Shown here one piece after another: positions 16,720-25,478 of a stretch of 64,000 nucleotides of DNA (its first letter is position 1; every line of letters begins with the position of its first letter). A model generated the notes under the pieces. It was not told the origin of the DNA, searched no databases, and saw only the letters and a program-made list of their open reading frames with translations. The translations under genes were made by a program, and so were the position numbers. Source of the stretch: Deltaproteobacteria bacterium (GTDB lineage Bacteria > Myxococcota_A > UBA796 > SXON01); the NCBI GenBank assembly GCA_947486185.1, contig CANKTH010000002.1:47946-111945 (forward strand). The letters run 5' to 3'.

Positions 16720-17987
16720 TGCTCGGCGTGTGGGGCGCGGGCCTGTTCACGGCCTGCTCCACGCCCCTCGACGCGACCGTCACGCCGAGCAGCCGCGTGC
16801 CCGCGGCCGATCTCCGGTGGACCAGCGAAGAGCCGACGCGCGCCTGGCTGGAGTATTCCTACGAAGGAAGCCCGCTGATCCGGAGTGAGAGCGAGAGCGT
16901 GGCGCGGCGGGAGCATCGTTTTGTGCTCGCCGGGGTGCCCCCGGGGGCCGATGTGGAGTGGCGCGCGGTCTGGGGCGAGGGACGCCGCGAACAGAGCACC
17001 TGGCAGAGTTGGCGCTCCCCACAGATCCCCATACCCGACGACGCCCCGGTGGCGCAGGTGAGCGACAACCCGAATCCGGGATATTATAGCTTACCCGCTG
17101 AGGATGACACGATCTGGGTCGTCGACGCCGCGGGGGCGCCCGTGTGGTGGTGGGAGCTAGGTGCCCCGCGGGCGATCGCGCGGGTGCGTCTCTTGGGCGA
17201 CCGGGTCTGGTTCAGCTACCGCGACGAGCTCACCGACGACGCCTGGCTCAGCTCCGTTGGTCTGGACGGCTCGACACCGACCGAGGAGCTCTTGGACCAC
17301 CACCACGACTTCCTGGTGTTCCCTGACCGCGAGGTGTACCTCCGACGCGTGTCGGGGACCGGCGGCGACGGCGAGCCCTGGGCGGGAGACGAGCTCGTCG
17401 AGCGCGAAAGTGGGGTAGAACGCGTCGTATGGTCTACCTTCGACGACGTGAGCTTTGAGCAGTTCGGCAGCACGTACTACAACGAGGGGCTGGACTGGAC
17501 CCACTGCAACGGGATCCTCTATGAGCCCGAAGAGGAGGTCTACTGGGTGAGCTCCCGCCATCAAGAAGCGTTTTTCGTGGTGGATCGGCAAGGGGAGCTG
17601 ATCAGGGTGGTCGGCGGCCCGCAGAGCACCTTCACCCTGGTGGGTGGCGAGAACTTCGGCAGGATCCATGTACCGGTTCTCGACCAGGACCTGTTGTACC
17701 TCTTTGACAATACGCGGGACGACAACCACCGCCCGCGCGCCGAGGTCTACCGGCTCGACTGGGACGCCCAAACGTACACCCTTCACGAAACCTACGAACG
17801 CCGTGGTTACAACCCAGAGGTGCACGGCAACGTGTCGCCCACACCGGATGGCGGGATGATGGTGGCTTTTGGCATCGCGGGTCTGGTCGACGTGCTCGAC
17901 GCGGATCGGGAGCTCGTGTTGTCGGTTGAGAAAGATGCGTTGCTCTACCCCGACTATCTCCCGACCCTGAGCGCGCCCGTGGAGTAG
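16719..17987 (+). CDS. Arylsulfotransferase (ASST)-like beta-propeller lipoprotein
   Basis: TAATG overlap with the ompA-like gene. Lipobox LFTAC. Motifs DHHHDFLVF and DWTHCNGI resemble ASST-family His motifs. Confidence 0.5.
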   Translation: MLGVWGAGLFTACSTPLDATVTPSSRVPAADLRWTSEEPTRAWLEYSYEGSPLIRSESESVARREHRFVLAGVPPGADVEWRAVWGEGRREQSTWQSWRSPQIPIPDDAPVAQVSDNPNPGYYSLPAEDDTIWVVDAAGAPVWWWELGAPRAIARVRLLGDRVWFSYRDELTDDAWLSSVGLDGSTPTEELLDHHHDFLVFPDREVYLRRVSGTGGDGEPWAGDELVERESGVERVVWSTFDDVSFEQFGSTYYNEGLDWTHCNGILYEPEEEVYWVSSRHQEAFFVVDRQGELIRVVGGPQSTFTLVGGENFGRIHVPVLDQDLLYLFDNTRDDNHRPRAEVYRLDWDAQTYTLHETYERRGYNPEVHGNVSPTPDGGMMVAFGIAGLVDVLDADRELVLSVEKDALLYPDYLPTLSAPVE

Positions 17988-18001
17988 CCGCTCTCGCACC
18001 G

Positions 18002-18016
18002 CCGCGCCCCGCGCGG
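18002..18016. terminator. Short GC hairpin between convergent genes (weak bidirectional terminator candidate)
   Basis: ccgcgc-ccc-gcgcgg, located between the TAG at 17985-17987 and the TAA at 18052-18054. No U-tract. Confidence 0.25.
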
Positions 18017-18051
18017 ACAGCCAGCCCGATCAGAGGGAGCCCGGAGAGCCC

Positions 18052-18612
18052 TTACAACGTGCCGAACACCCGATCCCAGACTCGCGTACTCACCCCAAAA
18101 CGCCGCCGGTCCTGGTTGTGATGGTGGTTCATATGATGAGCCCGAAGCTGCTTCATCCACGATGAACGCGGCTTTCCGTGATGGATATAGTAGTGGGTCA
18201 TGTCGTAGCCGAGGTAGCCCAACACGTGCCCCGCGAAAAACGGGTACACCCAGACCGGCCCCAGCGCGAGGTACCACATCCCAAAAAAGACCACGGCTAA
18301 GGCACCGCTTGCCATCGGGGGCATCACGAGCCGGAACCGGTCGTTGACCCACTCGTGATGGACGCCGTGCAGCAGGAAATGGAAACGCGGACCCCAGCGG
18401 CGATTGGGTACCCAGTGAAAGAGGGTGCGATGAAGCCAGTACTCGGCGAAGGTCCATACAAACAGCCCCGCGGCCGCGGCGAGCACCGATCCAACCGTGC
18501 CGGCGGCGCCGAGCCCGAAGCTGAACAATCCCACGATGACGGGCACGTAGATGATGGGCACCGCCCACCAGGACACACGGGAGAAGGAGTCGACGAAATC
18601 CGACTCGAACAT
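18052..18612 (-). CDS. Fatty acid hydroxylase / sterol desaturase superfamily membrane protein
   Basis: Histidine boxes HRTLFH, HGVHHEW, HYYIHH and HHMNHHH, with hydrophobic spans. Confidence 0.85.
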   Translation of the reverse strand: MFESDFVDSFSRVSWWAVPIIYVPVIVGLFSFGLGAAGTVGSVLAAAAGLFVWTFAEYWLHRTLFHWVPNRRWGPRFHFLLHGVHHEWVNDRFRLVMPPMASGALAVVFFGMWYLALGPVWVYPFFAGHVLGYLGYDMTHYYIHHGKPRSSWMKQLRAHHMNHHHNQDRRRFGVSTRVWDRVFGTL

Positions 18613-18787
18613 CCTCGGGGATTCAGGGCTCGCGCGCAGACCGTCTCCTGAGCCGCGCCAAAAAAATGCGACACGGTGGTGCAGGGCTTATTCGACGCCA
18701 AAGCCTTTGTCGAAGCGGCAAAACTGACGCGTGCGTCGGAATTGGCGTCAAGATGCGCCTGAGGGCACTTTCGGGTAGAGCCTCCGC

Positions 18788-19099
18788 ATGCGCTCGTTGC
18801 TCCTGCTCTTGCTGCTCTCCGGCTGCCCCCGCGCCCCGATAGACGCGCCACCCACCACGGGCTCCGCGGCCGAACAGCAGTATGGTGCGTGTCGGGCCCG
18901 GGTCGAGGGTCGGGAGAGCGCGGGGGAGTGCGCCTCGGACACCGGTTGTGTCCCGGCGGGGTGCTCGAGCGAGGTGTGTTTGCCGGTGGGCCTCGCGGAA
19001 GGTTTTTCGAGCACCTGTGATCGGCTGGATTGTTTTGAGGTGCTGGACCGTTGTGGCTGCCACGATGGGATCTGCACCTGGACCCTCAAAGAAGGTTGA
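18788..19099 (+). CDS. Small cysteine-rich lipoprotein (103 aa)
   Basis: MRSLLLLLLLSGC lipobox. Ten further Cys in about 70 aa (GECASDTGCVPAGCSSEVC...TCDRLDCFEVLDRCGCHDGIC). It ends 9 nt before the S8 protease gene. Confidence 0.7.
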   Translation: MRSLLLLLLLSGCPRAPIDAPPTTGSAAEQQYGACRARVEGRESAGECASDTGCVPAGCSSEVCLPVGLAEGFSSTCDRLDCFEVLDRCGCHDGICTWTLKEG

Positions 19100-19108
19100 A
19101 GGAGGCTC

Positions 19109-20716
19109 ATGCGCAACTTCTGGTGGCTGCTCGTCCTGGGCGCGTCCTTGGCCTGCGGCGCGGGATCCACGGGCACCGACGAGACTCTCCCGGTGGCTCA
19201 GAGCCCCGCAGAGGTCATTCGGTCCAAGGCTGGAAATATCGACTTCGACGCGATGGAGTCGGTTCCCGGCAGGTACATCGTCAAGCTGAAGAACGGCGCG
19301 TCCGTTGACAGCAGCGGCAAGGTATTTGGCGGAAGTGGGGGCCTGAACCGGGACTTTCTCGACGCGAAGCTCAAGAAGGTTCGCACGCTCACGGGCTCGG
19401 GGGACACCATCTCGGTAGAGGCCGAGGGCGATGTCGACGGCCTCGGGAGCTCGGAAGACGTGGAGTGGATCGAGCCGGTCCGGCAGTGGAAGGTCATGGG
19501 CGGGCTCAACGACCCCGACTACCGCTACCAGTGGAATATGCAGGCGCTACGCCTGGATGAAGTCTACGCACGCACTCAAGGCAAGGGGGTCATCGTCGCG
19601 GTGATCGACAGCGGCGTGTCGCCTGGGCCCGACGGTCCCCAAAACATGGTCGCCGGCCGTGATGTGGTGGACAACGACAACGACGCGCGCGACAGCGCGG
19701 CGTCGCAGTCCTCGTCGGGCTCTCACGGCACACACGTCGCGGGCACCATCGCCGAGACTGGCAATAACGGCGTCGGCGTAGCCGGCGTGGCCCCCCAGGC
19801 GTCGATCATGCCGGTGCGGGTTGGCGATTATGGCGGCGTCTATAGCGACGACATCGCCGAGGGCATCACCTGGGCCGTAGATCACGGCGCCCAGGTCCTC
19901 AACATCTCCATCGGCGGCTACAGCAGCTCCCGCGCCGTGCAGGAGGCGTGCAAGAAGGCGTATGACAAAGGTGTGGTGGTCGTCGCTGCCTCGGGGAACG
20001 ACGGCTACGACGACCGGGTGGCCTACCCCGGCGCTTACGACGGCGTGATCGCGGTCGGCGCCCACGACGCCCAAGGGAAGGAGACCTCCTACTCCAACCG
20101 CGGGCCGGAGCTCGCGCTCCTGGCCCCCGGCGGCGACACCCCCGACACCAACGGTGATGGAAAACCCGACGGGATCCTTCAACAAACGGTGGTAGGAAGC
20201 AAACACAGCTACGCGCTGATGAGCGGCACCTCGATGGCCAGCCCGCACGTGGCGGCCGCGGCGGCCCTGCTCATCGCGTCGGGGCTCTCGGGGCCCGAAG
20301 AGGTGCGAAACGCCCTCCTCAATGGCGCCAAGACCGTCAATGGCGTCCGTATGCTGGACATCATGGGCGCGCTCGATCAGGCGGGTCGCGGGGGCGGTCC
20401 CCCGGTCGCCGGAACCACCCCGCGGAAGCCCGGAGCCGGCGGGCCGGGCGGAGGTGGAGGTGCGGCGCCGGGTGGACCGGGCGGTGGCGGTCCCGGGGCC
20501 GGCGGACCGGGGGCGGGCGGACCAGGGGCCGGCGAGGGTCCGAAGGCCGGGGCGCCTGGCGGAGGCGAAGGCCCGCGCGCGGGCAAGTCGGGGCCACCCA
20601 CCACCGGCAAGCCCCCGGGAGCGCCCGGAGCAGGGGCGCCAGGAAAGAAACCGGGCGCGGGCGGGCGGGCGCCCGGGGCCGGCAAAGCGCGGAGCGGTGA
20701 TCAGAAGCAGCCTTGA
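19109..20716 (+). CDS. S8 (subtilisin) family serine peptidase with Gly/Pro-rich C-terminal tail
   Basis: RBS GAAGGAGG. Catalytic motifs VAVIDSGV (Asp), HGTHVAGTIA (His), GTSMASPHVAAAAALL (Ser). The last ~110 aa are low-complexity GPGAGGPGAGG. Confidence 0.92.
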   Translation: MRNFWWLLVLGASLACGAGSTGTDETLPVAQSPAEVIRSKAGNIDFDAMESVPGRYIVKLKNGASVDSSGKVFGGSGGLNRDFLDAKLKKVRTLTGSGDTISVEAEGDVDGLGSSEDVEWIEPVRQWKVMGGLNDPDYRYQWNMQALRLDEVYARTQGKGVIVAVIDSGVSPGPDGPQNMVAGRDVVDNDNDARDSAASQSSSGSHGTHVAGTIAETGNNGVGVAGVAPQASIMPVRVGDYGGVYSDDIAEGITWAVDHGAQVLNISIGGYSSSRAVQEACKKAYDKGVVVVAASGNDGYDDRVAYPGAYDGVIAVGAHDAQGKETSYSNRGPELALLAPGGDTPDTNGDGKPDGILQQTVVGSKHSYALMSGTSMASPHVAAAAALLIASGLSGPEEVRNALLNGAKTVNGVRMLDIMGALDQAGRGGGPPVAGTTPRKPGAGGPGGGGGAAPGGPGGGGPGAGGPGAGGPGAGEGPKAGAPGGGEGPRAGKSGPPTTGKPPGAPGAGAPGKKPGAGGRAPGAGKARSGDQKQP

Positions 20717-20732
20717 TCCTAAGAAAGTCTTG

Positions 20733-21968
20733 ATGACCCCCGGGATCCTGCCGCTGTTGGTGATCATCTTCAGCTGTCAGCACACCTCACGGACGCCGTC
20801 CCCGTCCGGCGCGCGGTTGGCCGCAAGCGAAGGCGCTCGTCAGGATCTTGCGGCAACGCTGGATTTTTTCGCGACCCGCCCTGAGTACGAGCGTGCATTC
20901 GGCACCGGACTCCTGCTCCCGTCCGGGCTGAGCGACCTCTCCGCCGCGACCTGCGCCGCGTGCCACGCGGCGATCGCGGACGATTGGCACCGCTCCGTCC
21001 ACGCCCAGGCCTGGATCGATCCGCAGTTCCAGGCCGAGATCCAGAAGTCAGACAATCGTTGGTTATGCCTGAATTGTCACACGCCACTCTTGACTCAACA
21101 AGAGTACTGGCCACGCGGGCTCGTCGAAAACGATGTCGAACGCCCGGTCCTCACCCCCAACCAGCTCTTCAACCCCAGCCTCCGCGAGGAGGGCATCACC
21201 TGTGTCGCCTGCCACCTGCGCGAGCGGGACGGCGTAGCGACGTTAGCTGGGCCGGGGCTCAGCGATCCGAGCCTGGCGCCGCACGCGGTTGAGGTCGATC
21301 CGGACCTGCGTAGCGGCCGGCACTGCGAGCGCTGCCACGACGTCCAGGCCACCTACGCGGGGAAATCGTTCATCTGCACCTTCGAGACGGGCGCCGAGCT
21401 GCGGGCCGGCCCGTGGGACGATCCGCCAGACAACGCGACGTGCGTCAGCTGCCACATGCCCCCGGTCGAGCGCCCCGCGGCGACCGGCGGCCCGGACCGG
21501 ACCGTCGCTCAGCACTTCTGGCGCGGCGCGGGCATCCCCAAGTTGGAGGGTCGTTATCCACCCGAATCGGCAAATCCGCATGGCCTGAACCTCAGCGCCC
21601 GGTTCGCCGGGGACGATCTGATCCTGGAGCTTGAGAACGTACGGGCCGGCCACAAGCTGCCCACCGGCGATCCCGAGCGCTGGATCCAGGTCGACGTGCT
21701 GCCCTTCGCGGAGGACACCGGCCTGGGTCCTGCGCTCACCACCCGCATCGGTCAGGAGTGGGAGTGGACCACCCCACCCGTACGCCGCTCGGACAACCGA
21801 TTGTCGCCCAAGGAGCGCCGAGAGGTGACCGTGACCCTCCCGCCGGGCACCACGCGGGTCGAGATCGTGGCCGGCTCCTACCGGATCTCCGAGGAGAACG
21901 CTGCGTTCCACCATCTGGGCGATTATCCGCGCGGGGTGGAGACCCACCGTATCCAGCTGGCCCGTTGA
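20733..21968 (+). CDS. Pentaheme c-type cytochrome lipoprotein (cytochrome c554-like multiheme family)
   Basis: Start at ATG 20733 (MTPGILPLLVIIFSCQ, lipobox). Five CXXCH motifs: CAACH, CLNCH, CVACH, CERCH, CVSCH. Confidence 0.8.
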   Translation: MTPGILPLLVIIFSCQHTSRTPSPSGARLAASEGARQDLAATLDFFATRPEYERAFGTGLLLPSGLSDLSAATCAACHAAIADDWHRSVHAQAWIDPQFQAEIQKSDNRWLCLNCHTPLLTQQEYWPRGLVENDVERPVLTPNQLFNPSLREEGITCVACHLRERDGVATLAGPGLSDPSLAPHAVEVDPDLRSGRHCERCHDVQATYAGKSFICTFETGAELRAGPWDDPPDNATCVSCHMPPVERPAATGGPDRTVAQHFWRGAGIPKLEGRYPPESANPHGLNLSARFAGDDLILELENVRAGHKLPTGDPERWIQVDVLPFAEDTGLGPALTTRIGQEWEWTTPPVRRSDNRLSPKERREVTVTLPPGTTRVEIVAGSYRISEENAAFHHLGDYPRGVETHRIQLAR

Positions 21969-21979
21969 GGTCGTTCCAC

Positions 21980-22303
21980 GTGGAACACGCCGACCCCTGG
22001 CCCCCAAACCCCGCCGCCAACGCTCCTGGGCTCGACTGCGCGAGCTGTGGCGCCTGCTGCCGAGAAGCGTTCGACGCAGTGGAGCTCTCGGCGCGCTCCC
22101 GTTTGGCGCGAGAGCACCCCGAGCTCGTCGGCGCAGATGGAAAACGCCTTTTCCTCGCCCGGCCCGGCGGCCGCTGCGTCTGTCTGGCAGGGGAGGCGGG
22201 GAGCTTTCGGTGCCAGCACTACACCATCCGCCCCCGAAGCTGCCGCGACTTCGAGCGCGGAAGCGAAAACTGCCTCGACGCCCGACGCAGAGTGGGCCTC
22301 TAA
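21980..22303 (+). CDS. YkgJ-family (UPF0153) cysteine-cluster protein
   Basis: GTG 21980 with GAGG upstream. CASCGACCREAF...CVCL...CQHYTIRPRSCRDF pattern. Confidence 0.6.
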   Translation: MEHADPWPPNPAANAPGLDCASCGACCREAFDAVELSARSRLAREHPELVGADGKRLFLARPGGRCVCLAGEAGSFRCQHYTIRPRSCRDFERGSENCLDARRRVGL

Positions 22304-22324
22304 GGCGAGCATCTTACGACCCGC

Positions 22325-22341
22325 CGCCGGAACGACCGGCG
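22325..22341. terminator. Short hairpin between convergent ykgJ-like and lspA genes
   Basis: cgccgg-aacga-ccggcg, a 6-bp stem with no U-tract. Confidence 0.25.
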
Positions 22342-22348
22342 TCGCGCC

Positions 22349-22942
22349 TCAGCTCGGCTTGTCGGTCAACACCTGGCCAACCGGATCCCTGCCGCTCGTC
22401 TCAGGCGGCAAAGCTCCTGCTTCATCCTTGATGAACAGGTAACCCACCAGATAGAGCGCCACCCCGACGACGATCGCGGCGTCCGCGATGTTGAAGGTGG
22501 GCCACTCGGACATGCCGAAGTTCTGGATACACCAGGTCTTAAGCTCCGGATCGTCGGTGTACACCCGGATGAAGTCGGTCACCGACTGTTTGTGGACGCG
22601 GTCGATCGCGTTGCCTACCGCGCCGGAGAGGATGAGGCCGAGCGTGGTGGAGTGGAAGCGGTCTTTAGCAGGAAGCTCCATGAACATCTGCACCATCATG
22701 CCCACGGCGATGAGGGTGAAGACGCCGAAGACCAGCAGGCGATACGGCTGCGGCAACGACGCGCCGAGGCCGAACGCCGCGTTGGGGTTCTGGGCGTGGA
22801 TGAACGAGAGCAGGCCCGGGATGATCTGGATCTCGTCGGAGCGATCTATCGAAAGGTTGGTATAAACCAGAATCTTTGTGATCTGGTCGAGCACCAACGA
22901 CACCAGGGTAACCCCCAGGAACACCTTCAGTTTGGTCGTCAC
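22349..22942 (-). CDS. lspA: Lipoprotein signal peptidase (signal peptidase II)
   Basis: GTG start. Motifs NPNAAFGL, GAVGNAIDRV, FNIADAAIVVG. Four TM spans. Confidence 0.92.
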   Translation of the reverse strand: MTTKLKVFLGVTLVSLVLDQITKILVYTNLSIDRSDEIQIIPGLLSFIHAQNPNAAFGLGASLPQPYRLLVFGVFTLIAVGMMVQMFMELPAKDRFHSTTLGLILSGAVGNAIDRVHKQSVTDFIRVYTDDPELKTWCIQNFGMSEWPTFNIADAAIVVGVALYLVGYLFIKDEAGALPPETSGRDPVGQVLTDKPS

Positions 22943-23058
22943 GGGCCCTCCAGACGCGCCACGGGAGTGGCGCAGACCCGCAGGGTTAGCCGATCCCCAT
23001 CCGCAAGTCGACCACCGGGCGACGACGCGTTACAAGCCGTGCCTTTTCGGGAGGCCCG

Positions 23059-24750
23059 ATGGAACGTGAATCGATGCCCGTGGACGTGCTGTTTGTCGGA
23101 GCCGGCCCTGCGGGCCTCTCCGGAGCGATCCACCTGATGGATCTGATCCGCACCCACAACGAGGGCGTGGACGCCGGTACGGTATCGGGGAACAAGCTGG
23201 AAGAGCTCACGATCGCGGTGATGGAGAAGGGCTCCGAGGTCGGCAGCCACGCGATCTCGGGCGCCGTGCTCGACACGCGCTCCCTCGACGAGCTGATCCC
23301 CGACTGGAAGCAGAAGGACCCCAGCTTTGTCGAGCGCCACGTGGAGGAGGAGACCTTCCTGGTCATGACCGAGACCATGGCCGTCCCCGCGCCGATGATG
23401 CCCCCTGGTATGGCCGACCATGGCCTGCCCATCATCTCGATCGCCCGATTCCAGAAGTGGCTCGCGGCGATCGCCGAAGAGAAGGGCGTGATGATGTTCA
23501 ACGGCTTTGCCGGGTGTAACCTCCTCTGGGACGGCGACCGGGTTCGCGGCGTACAGACCGGGGACAAGGGCCTCGACCGGCATGGCAACCCCCGCGACAC
23601 CTTCGAACCGGGCATCCACATCGAGGCCAAGGTCACGGTCCTCAACGAGGGCCCGCGCGGCACGCTGACCGGTCAGCTCATCCGGCGGCTCAACCTCGAC
23701 GCGCAGAGCCAGCCGATGGTCTACGAGGTGGGTGTCAAGGAGGTGCTCGAGATGCCTCCGGGCACGGTCAAGAAAGGGGAGGTGTTCCTCACCTTTGGCT
23801 TCCCGCTCGACCTCGACACCTTTGGCGGTGCGTTCATCTACGCGCTTGAGGGAGACAAGTACGCGATCGGCCTGCTCGTGGAGCTCGGCGCAAAAGATCC
23901 GGCTATGGACGCCCATTATCTGCTTCAGAAGCTCAAGAACCACCCGTGGATGCGCAAGAAGTTCGCGGGCGCCAAGGTCGTCAAGTACGGGGCCAAGGCT
24001 GTCACGGTCGGCGGTTGGGCCTCGATCCCGACCTTGTACGCCGACGGCGTGATGATCGCGGGCGACTCGGCGAGCTTCCTCAACCCGATGCGGATCAAGG
24101 GCATCCACCTGTCGATGAAGTCGGGGATGCTCGCGGCAGAAGCTGCGTTTGAGGCGCTCAAGCGCGGCGACTCCTCCGCCGCTGTGCTCAAGCAGTACAA
24201 AGACCGAATCGACGCGAGCTGGGTGCGCGATGAGATGGAGCCGGCCAAGAACTTCCACGTTGGGTTCAAAAACGGCGTCCTCGGCGGCATGTTCTCCGCC
24301 GGCCTCGGCATGGTCTTCGGGCCCGGGAAGGAGGTCAAACCTTTCGACGCCGACTACGCACACGTCAAGAAAAGCGCCGCCGTCCATGGCAGCAAGGGTC
24401 TCCCCGCGCGGGACGACCTGACCTACGACGGCACCTACCTCGTCGACAAGCTCACCGACGTGTACCACTCGGCCACCAAACACGACGAGCATCAGCCCGC
24501 CCACCTCCACGTGGTCGATACGGAAGTGTGCGCGACCCAGTGCGCCACCGAGTACGGCAATCCGTGCACCCGATTCTGTCCGGCGCAGGTGTACAACATG
24601 GAGTTCAACGAAGAGAAGAAACGAAACGAGCTCCGCATCGACTTCTCGAACTGTGTGCACTGCAAGACGTGTGACATCCGTGATCCCTACCAGATCATCA
24701 CCTGGGTACCTCCGGAGGGAGGCAACGGGCCCGAGTACGGGACGTTGTGA
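23059..24750 (+). CDS. Electron-transfer flavoprotein:ubiquinone oxidoreductase (ETF-QO)
   Basis: FAD fold DVLFVGAGPAGLSGAI. C-terminal 4Fe-4S motif CTRFCPAQVY...CVHCKTCDIRDP...ITWVPPEGGNGPEY. Confidence 0.92.
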   Translation: MERESMPVDVLFVGAGPAGLSGAIHLMDLIRTHNEGVDAGTVSGNKLEELTIAVMEKGSEVGSHAISGAVLDTRSLDELIPDWKQKDPSFVERHVEEETFLVMTETMAVPAPMMPPGMADHGLPIISIARFQKWLAAIAEEKGVMMFNGFAGCNLLWDGDRVRGVQTGDKGLDRHGNPRDTFEPGIHIEAKVTVLNEGPRGTLTGQLIRRLNLDAQSQPMVYEVGVKEVLEMPPGTVKKGEVFLTFGFPLDLDTFGGAFIYALEGDKYAIGLLVELGAKDPAMDAHYLLQKLKNHPWMRKKFAGAKVVKYGAKAVTVGGWASIPTLYADGVMIAGDSASFLNPMRIKGIHLSMKSGMLAAEAAFEALKRGDSSAAVLKQYKDRIDASWVRDEMEPAKNFHVGFKNGVLGGMFSAGLGMVFGPGKEVKPFDADYAHVKKSAAVHGSKGLPARDDLTYDGTYLVDKLTDVYHSATKHDEHQPAHLHVVDTEVCATQCATEYGNPCTRFCPAQVYNMEFNEEKKRNELRIDFSNCVHCKTCDIRDPYQIITWVPPEGGNGPEYGTL

Positions 24751-24774
24751 GCACGCGCTGAGGGAGCAGCGGAG

Positions 24775-25101
24775 ATGGACGAGGAAAAACTGAGGCAGAC
24801 CCGCCTTCTTCGTGAGCCGACGGAGCGGCGCTCTGAGGCCGCCCTCGGTACGGTGCAACAGGAGATCCTGGGTGAGATGGCCGCCTCCCTGGGCCGCGCC
24901 CACGAGAAGGCCCAGCGTGCATTCGACGTTTTTGTGCAATCAGCCCAGGCGTCGGACGGAAGCGAACGCGCCCTGATGCAGCGCGAATCGGCGCGGCAGC
25001 GGGCCGCGGAAGCGGTCTGGGAGCTTCAGGTGCAGCGTGAGGCCGTGGGCATCCGCGACAACTCGGACCTCCAGGTCCGGTTCCCGGTCCCGCCGCGCTG
25101 A
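24775..25101 (+). CDS. Hypothetical helical protein (108 aa)
   Basis: ATG with GGAG upstream and good G/C-ending codon bias. No motif recognised. Confidence 0.45.
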   Translation: MDEEKLRQTRLLREPTERRSEAALGTVQQEILGEMAASLGRAHEKAQRAFDVFVQSAQASDGSERALMQRESARQRAAEAVWELQVQREAVGIRDNSDLQVRFPVPPR

Positions 25102-25143
25102 CGTCGGGTCGTCAGGCCCCGGAGCGATGGTTAGGCACAAGGA

Positions 25144-25476
25144 ATGAACCTCATCCTCTGTTTTTCGTTGCTCGCCTTTGCCGACATCCCACCCTCGGAC
25201 ACGCAGACGTGCCGTAGCGCCAAAGCCGGGGACTCCTGCCGCACCGACGAGGGGAAATCCGGCGCATGCACCGAGCAGACCTGCTCTCGGCTGGACTACA
25301 GCAACGGCACGCCGCCGACGAGCGTCAGCGAGCCTTGCCTCGTCTGCGACGCCGACGCGAAACCCTCCAACGCCAGCAAGAAAGCCGAAAACGGCTGCTC
25401 GACCGTCGGCGCCGCCGGAGCGAGCGCGCTCGGTCTCGCGTTGCTCCTGGCCGCGGGCATCACGCGGCGCGCCTGA
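25144..25476 (+). CDS. Small secreted Cys-containing protein with MYXO-CTERM-type C-terminal sorting signal
   Basis: Signal peptide MNLILCFSLLAFA. C-terminus NGCSTVGAAGASALGLALLLAAGITRRA, i.e. GC followed by a hydrophobic helix and a basic end. Confidence 0.65.
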   Translation: MNLILCFSLLAFADIPPSDTQTCRSAKAGDSCRTDEGKSGACTEQTCSRLDYSNGTPPTSVSEPCLVCDADAKPSNASKKAENGCSTVGAAGASALGLALLLAAGITRRA

Positions 25477-25478
25477 TT

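Noticed and set aside
20322-20732. N-terminal 137-aa extension of the cytochrome ORF
   Set aside because: It overlaps the Gly/Pro-rich tail of the S8 protease in another frame. The ATG at 20733 gives a clean lipoprotein signal peptide.
22939-24939. 666-aa minus-strand ORF
   Set aside because: Antisense to the clearly recognisable ETF-QO gene (23059..24750). The product is low-complexity and motif-free.
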